Origin: Candidatus Eiseniibacteriota bacterium
Lineage (GTDB): Bacteria; Eisenbacteria; RBG-16-71-46; JABDJR01
Direction of reading: 5' to 3'
NCBI GenBank assembly: GCA_963783375.1
Contig: CAWANH010000029.1
Coordinates: 800,001 to 864,000 of the forward strand
Length of the DNA: 64,000 bases
Positions 60,443 to 64,000 of the stretch are shown piece after piece. Position 1 is the stretch's first letter; every line of letters begins with the position of its first letter. The translations under genes and the position numbers were made by a program. The notes beneath the pieces are model-generated. The model was not told where the DNA came from. It did not search any database and saw nothing but the letters and a program-made list of their open reading frames with translations.

Positions 60443-61849
60443 CTAATGACGCTTTCTCATGCGCGCGCTGGAGATGCCGAGCTGCTCCCGGTACTTGGCC
60501 ACCGTGCGCCGGGCGATGTCCACCCCCTCCGCCTTCAGGGTATCCGCGATCTTCTGGTCGGAGAGGGGGCGGTGCTTTTCCTCTCCTTCGATCAGCCGGG
60601 TGATCTTCTCCCGGGCCGCCTTGGACGAGATGTCGTCTCCGTCCGAGGTTCCGAGGCCGCTGGAGAAGAAGAACTTGAGTTCAAACACTCCGCGTGGGGT
60701 CTGCACGTACTTGCCGCTGGTCACCCGGCTCACCGTGGATTCGTGCATCTCGATCTCCCGGGCCACGTCCTGGAGGGTCAGGGGTCTCAACTGCAACACG
60801 CCGTGATCGAAGAAGCCCTGCTGCTTCTCGACGATCTTCGTCATGACCTTGACCATGGTGCGCCGCCGTTGTTCGATGGTCTGGACGATCCAGCGGGCGG
60901 ACTTGAGCTTGGACTTCACGAATTCCTTGGTCTTCTGGTCTCCCCCGCTCTGATCGAGCAGCACGCGCTCATAGGCCCGGTTGATGCGGAGCCGGGGGAC
61001 GTTACGGTCGTTGAGGAAGACCACGTACTCCTCGCCCACCCGCTCCACCACCAGATCGGGGTACACGTAGCGCGCGTCCTCGCCGGCCATCTGGGAACCC
61101 GGGTTGGGGTTCAGGGTGGCGATCTCGTCGAGGGCGGCCTGCACCTCCTTGACCGAAACCTTCGAGGAGCGGGCGATGTCGGTGAGACGCCGGTTGGTGA
61201 GCGATTCCCAGTGATCCTCCACGATCCGATAGGCCAGGGAATCCGCCTCCCCGCGGCCGCGAAGCTGGACCAGGAGCGACTCCCGGAGGTCCCGGGCCCC
61301 CACCCCCAGCGGCTCGCACTCCTGGAGCATCCGCACCAGGCGCTCCACCCGCTCGGGCTCGGTCCCGGTGTGCTCGACGATCTCCTCGGTGGACAGGGTG
61401 AGGTACCCGCGCTCATCGAGGGAGCCGAGGATGAAGTCCATGATGACCTCGTCCTCCGGTCCCATCGGCCGGGTCAGGATCTGCGAGCGGAGGTTCTCCT
61501 CCATGGTCACGGCGGAGACGTTGACCCGCTCGTACTGCTCTTCCTTGCGCTCGGACGAGAAGCTGGTGCCGGTATCGCTGGCGTCCTGGAGATAGGCCTC
61601 CCAGTCCACTTCGTCGTCCTTGCCGCCCTCCTCGGTCTCCCCCTCGGTCCGCTCCCCGTCCGCGCTCACCTCCGGGGTTTCGGTGATCTCGTCCACTTCC
61701 TCCAGGAGGGGATTGGTCTGAAGCTCGGTCCGTAGCTCCTCCCGGAGCTCCAATGTAGGCAGGGTCAGAAGCTTCAACGCCTGTCGAAGCTTCATGGTCA
61801 TGATCAGCGTCTGCTTCTGCGTCTGGCGAAGCTGGTGTTTCATTTCCAT
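60443..61849 (-). CDS. rpoN: RNA polymerase sigma-54 factor
   Basis: Gln/Leu-rich region I, NPLLE, GVGARDLRE, MHESTVSR, RpoN box ARRTVAKYRE. Confidence 0.98.
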   Translation of the reverse strand: MEMKHQLRQTQKQTLIMTMKLRQALKLLTLPTLELREELRTELQTNPLLEEVDEITETPEVSADGERTEGETEEGGKDDEVDWEAYLQDASDTGTSFSSERKEEQYERVNVSAVTMEENLRSQILTRPMGPEDEVIMDFILGSLDERGYLTLSTEEIVEHTGTEPERVERLVRMLQECEPLGVGARDLRESLLVQLRGRGEADSLAYRIVEDHWESLTNRRLTDIARSSKVSVKEVQAALDEIATLNPNPGSQMAGEDARYVYPDLVVERVGEEYVVFLNDRNVPRLRINRAYERVLLDQSGGDQKTKEFVKSKLKSARWIVQTIEQRRRTMVKVMTKIVEKQQGFFDHGVLQLRPLTLQDVAREIEMHESTVSRVTSGKYVQTPRGVFELKFFFSSGLGTSDGDDISSKAAREKITRLIEGEEKHRPLSDQKIADTLKAEGVDIARRTVAKYREQLGISSARMRKRH

Positions 61850-61867
61850 GACTTCGTCACGACCTTT

Positions 61868-62653
61868 CTAGAGAACGAACTGCTCGCCGAGATAGATTCG
61901 GCGGGCCATGGGGTCCCGGGCCAGTTCGTCCGAGGTTCCGGAAAGGAGGATCTTCCCCTCGTACAGGATGTAGGCACGATCGGTGGTGCGCAGGGTCTCG
62001 CGCACGCTGTGGTCGGTGATCAGGATGCCGAGCCCCCGGCGGCGGAGCCGGTTGATGATCTCCTGGATCTCCCCCACCGCGATGGGGTCGATGCCCACGA
62101 ACGGCTCGTCCAGGAGAAGGTAGCGGGGCTCGGTGACCAGGGCCCGGGTGATCTCCACCCGGCGGCGCTCCCCGCCGGACAGGTTGTAGCCCCTGCGGTC
62201 GGCGAGCTTGGCGATATCCAGCTCGTTCAGCAGCTCCTCCAGGCGCTTGTCGCGTTCCCGGCGATCCAGGCCCAGGGTCTCGAGAATGGCCAGGATGTTC
62301 TCCCGCACCGTGAGCTTCCGGAAGACCGAGGCCTCCTGGGGGAGATACCCGATCCCCAACCGCGCCCTCCGGTACATGGGAAGCCGGGTGATATCCCGGT
62401 CCCCGAGGAGGATCTTCCCGCGGTCCGCCTTCAGGAACCCCACGATCATGTAGAAGGTGGTGGTCTTCCCCGCCCCGTTGGGTCCGAGAAGTCCCACGAC
62501 CTCGCCGGGGCACACGTCCAGCGATACCCCGTCCACGACCTTGACCTTGCCGTAACGGCGCTCCAGGTTCTCGGCCGAGAGCCGGAGCGCGGTCCCGGCC
62601 TCAGGGCCCGGTCGAGAGGCTTCGTTCACGGTCGATGATGGTGACGTGGACAT
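61868..62653 (-). CDS. lptB: LPS export ABC ATPase LptB (start may be GTG at 62628)
   Basis: [38 protein letters not shown]; upstream of rpoN. Confidence 0.95.
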   Translation of the reverse strand: MSTSPSSTVNEASRPGPEAGTALRLSAENLERRYGKVKVVDGVSLDVCPGEVVGLLGPNGAGKTTTFYMIVGFLKADRGKILLGDRDITRLPMYRRARLGIGYLPQEASVFRKLTVRENILAILETLGLDRRERDKRLEELLNELDIAKLADRRGYNLSGGERRRVEITRALVTEPRYLLLDEPFVGIDPIAVGEIQEIINRLRRRGLGILITDHSVRETLRTTDRAYILYEGKILLSGTSDELARDPMARRIYLGEQFVL

Positions 62654-63200
62654 CCTGTTTCACCTGGTATTCGGACAGGTCGGGTTTGGCTTCGAAACCG
62701 ACGCCGGTGAGCACGCGATCCGGTTTTCGGATCCGGACCAGGCCGGGGCCGGTTATCCTATCCTCGTCCTTCGCATAGTTCATTTCCGAGGTCTCCAGGG
62801 TGTCGCCGTCGGTGGTGACGAGTAGCACCGCGTCCTCGGCGGTCATGTTCCCCGACTTTTCGTCCACCGTCCCACGCCGGGCGGTCATGACCGAAGTCAC
62901 CTTTCCCTGGTCGTCGTAGAACTCGAGCTTCGGGTCCTCGAGCTTGACTTCATCGAAGTTGGAGAACCGCCAGGCGGTCTTGGCGTGAAGCACCCAGGCT
63001 CGAAGGCCGTCGTGAGTCTCGGTCAGTTCGAACCCGCGGATTTCCCGATCCGCCCCGCTCGTCTCCTCCGAGGCCCCGATGGGGGCCTCCTTACCTCCGC
63101 AGGCGCCCAGGGCCAGGCTCGCGGCGAGCGCGGCCGCCACCGGGATCGCCGGACCCCGGAACCATCGACTGATATGCCCGGGGCCTAACCGGAAACGCAC
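62601..63200 (-). CDS. lptC: LPS export periplasmic protein LptC, with a lipobox-like signal
   Basis: LALGAC signal; beta-jellyroll-like pattern ending L.T..M.Y....I....V.I......G.GF...DL; adjacent to lptB. Confidence 0.75.
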   Translation of the reverse strand: MRFRLGPGHISRWFRGPAIPVAAALAASLALGACGGKEAPIGASEETSGADREIRGFELTETHDGLRAWVLHAKTAWRFSNFDEVKLEDPKLEFYDDQGKVTSVMTARRGTVDEKSGNMTAEDAVLLVTTDGDTLETSEMNYAKDEDRITGPGLVRIRKPDRVLTGVGFEAKPDLSEYQVKQDVHVTIIDRERSLSTGP

Positions 63201-64000
63201 GTCGGCCCCCCCTCCCCGGGTCGTTCGCCCAGCCAGCTCCGGGTGGGGGCTTCCGCGGCCCTCGGCGCCGGTCCTTTCCAGCGGGGGTGGATCCAGATCC
63301 ACTGCTCCGGGGTGCGAAGGATAAGGCCCTCGAGGGCCCGGGCGACGTCCTGGGTGAGCGCCTCGGCGTCGCCGCCGGAGGCGGAGCGGATGGCGGGGAG
63401 CACGGTCACCCGGTGGGTGTGGTCGGGACGCCGGTGGATGCCCAGCGGGATGAGGGGCGCGCCGGACGCCATGGCAAGCCGCGCCGGGCCCTCGGTCATG
63501 CGCGTCCGCTGTCCCAGAAAATCCACCGTCACTCCTCCCCGCTTGATGCGCTGGTCGGCCAGGATCCCCAGAAATCCGCCCCCCCGCAGGTGCCGGAGGG
63601 CCTGGAGCGGGAGGGCCTCGCTCGAGAGCGTGCGCACCCCCATCTTCAACCGATGCTCGCGAAGGGCCCGGTCGAGACGGGCCTCGCGAAGCGGCCGGGC
63701 CAGGGCGACGAGCGGATAGCCCGCCTCCACCAGGGCCGCGGCCAGAATCTCCCAGTTGCCAAGGTGGCCGGTCACGATGACCGCCCCCCGGCCTTCCCCG
63801 AGCGCCGTGTCGAGGTGCTCCCGTCCCTCGAATCCGACCAGCCCGCGTCGCGTCTCCGGTCTCAGGGCCGGGTATCTCAGAAAGTCGTAGGCGGTGCGCC
63901 CGATCTCCTCGAACACCCGGCGCGCCTCCCGCTCGACCCGGTCCCGCGGCCATCCGGGGTAGACCCGGGCCAGGTTCTCCCGGGCCAGCCGGCGGTCCCG
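63185..64000 (-). CDS. Lipid A biosynthesis acyltransferase family (LpxL/HtrB-like), 5'-truncated
   Basis: ARENL, HLGNWE (H-x4-E), LADQ, VDFLG, PEQWIWIHPRWK; frame open to the window edge. Confidence 0.88.
   Translation of the reverse strand, partial: RDRRLARENLARVYPGWPRDRVEREARRVFEEIGRTAYDFLRYPALRPETRRGLVGFEGREHLDTALGEGRGAVIVTGHLGNWEILAAALVEAGYPLVALARPLREARLDRALREHRLKMGVRTLSSEALPLQALRHLRGGGFLGILADQRIKRGGVTVDFLGQRTRMTEGPARLAMASGAPLIPLGIHRRPDHTHRVTVLPAIRSASGGDAEALTQDVARALEGLILRTPEQWIWIHPRWKGPAPRAAEAPTRSWLGERPGEGGPTCVSG

Noticed and set aside
1-64000. Many long alternative-frame and antisense ORFs (e.g. 4618-6942 -, 39673-42393 +, 30378-32570 +, 55911-58076 +)
   Set aside because: They overlap well-supported genes and lack motifs; expected shadow ORFs in DNA this GC-rich.
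1-64000. CRISPR array, transposase, integrase, prophage or defence genes
   Set aside because: No regularly spaced direct repeats or matching protein motifs were seen by eye.

Overview
A GC-rich (about 70% by eye) chromosomal segment of a diderm bacterium, about 50 genes, mostly housekeeping and envelope functions. PorV, FlgD/T9SS-like C-terminal domains, a GWxTD protein and a gingipain-family protease suggest an FCB-associated or candidate lineage such as Eisenbacteria/Krumholzibacteria (inference only). On the + strand, 1-13.1 kb holds a C25 peptidase split by a 1-nt homopolymer frameshift, then msbA and six LPS-core-type glycosyltransferases. Nearly everything after that is on the - strand: a tol-pal remnant (two DUF507, tolA-like, tolB, pal, cpoB, no tolQR); gap-pgk-tpiA-secG-tRNA-Leu(GAG); a TonB-dependent receptor / CTD-bearing partner / PorV cassette next to a GWxTD gene; and a lipoprotein plus beta-barrel pair. 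Then come mpg, PMM/PGM, prfB (programmed +1 frameshift), coaE, polA, nadD, bamD, rimO, ftsK, metK, and a long lptC-lptB-rpoN-hpf-hprK-PTS(Man) run with a GH57 glucanotransferase inserted between IIB and IIC. The best novelty candidates are three. (1) An AT-richer islet at 17.7-18.9 kb with a Rok/HARE-HTH-like coiled-coil plus winged-helix protein followed by a separately promoted ~125-nt rod-shaped RNA candidate. (2) The TBDR-partner-PorV cassette with tandem promoters and a structured leader. (3) The GH57-interrupted PTS. No CRISPR array, integrase or transposase was seen. All calls come from reading motifs by eye; no database searches were run.
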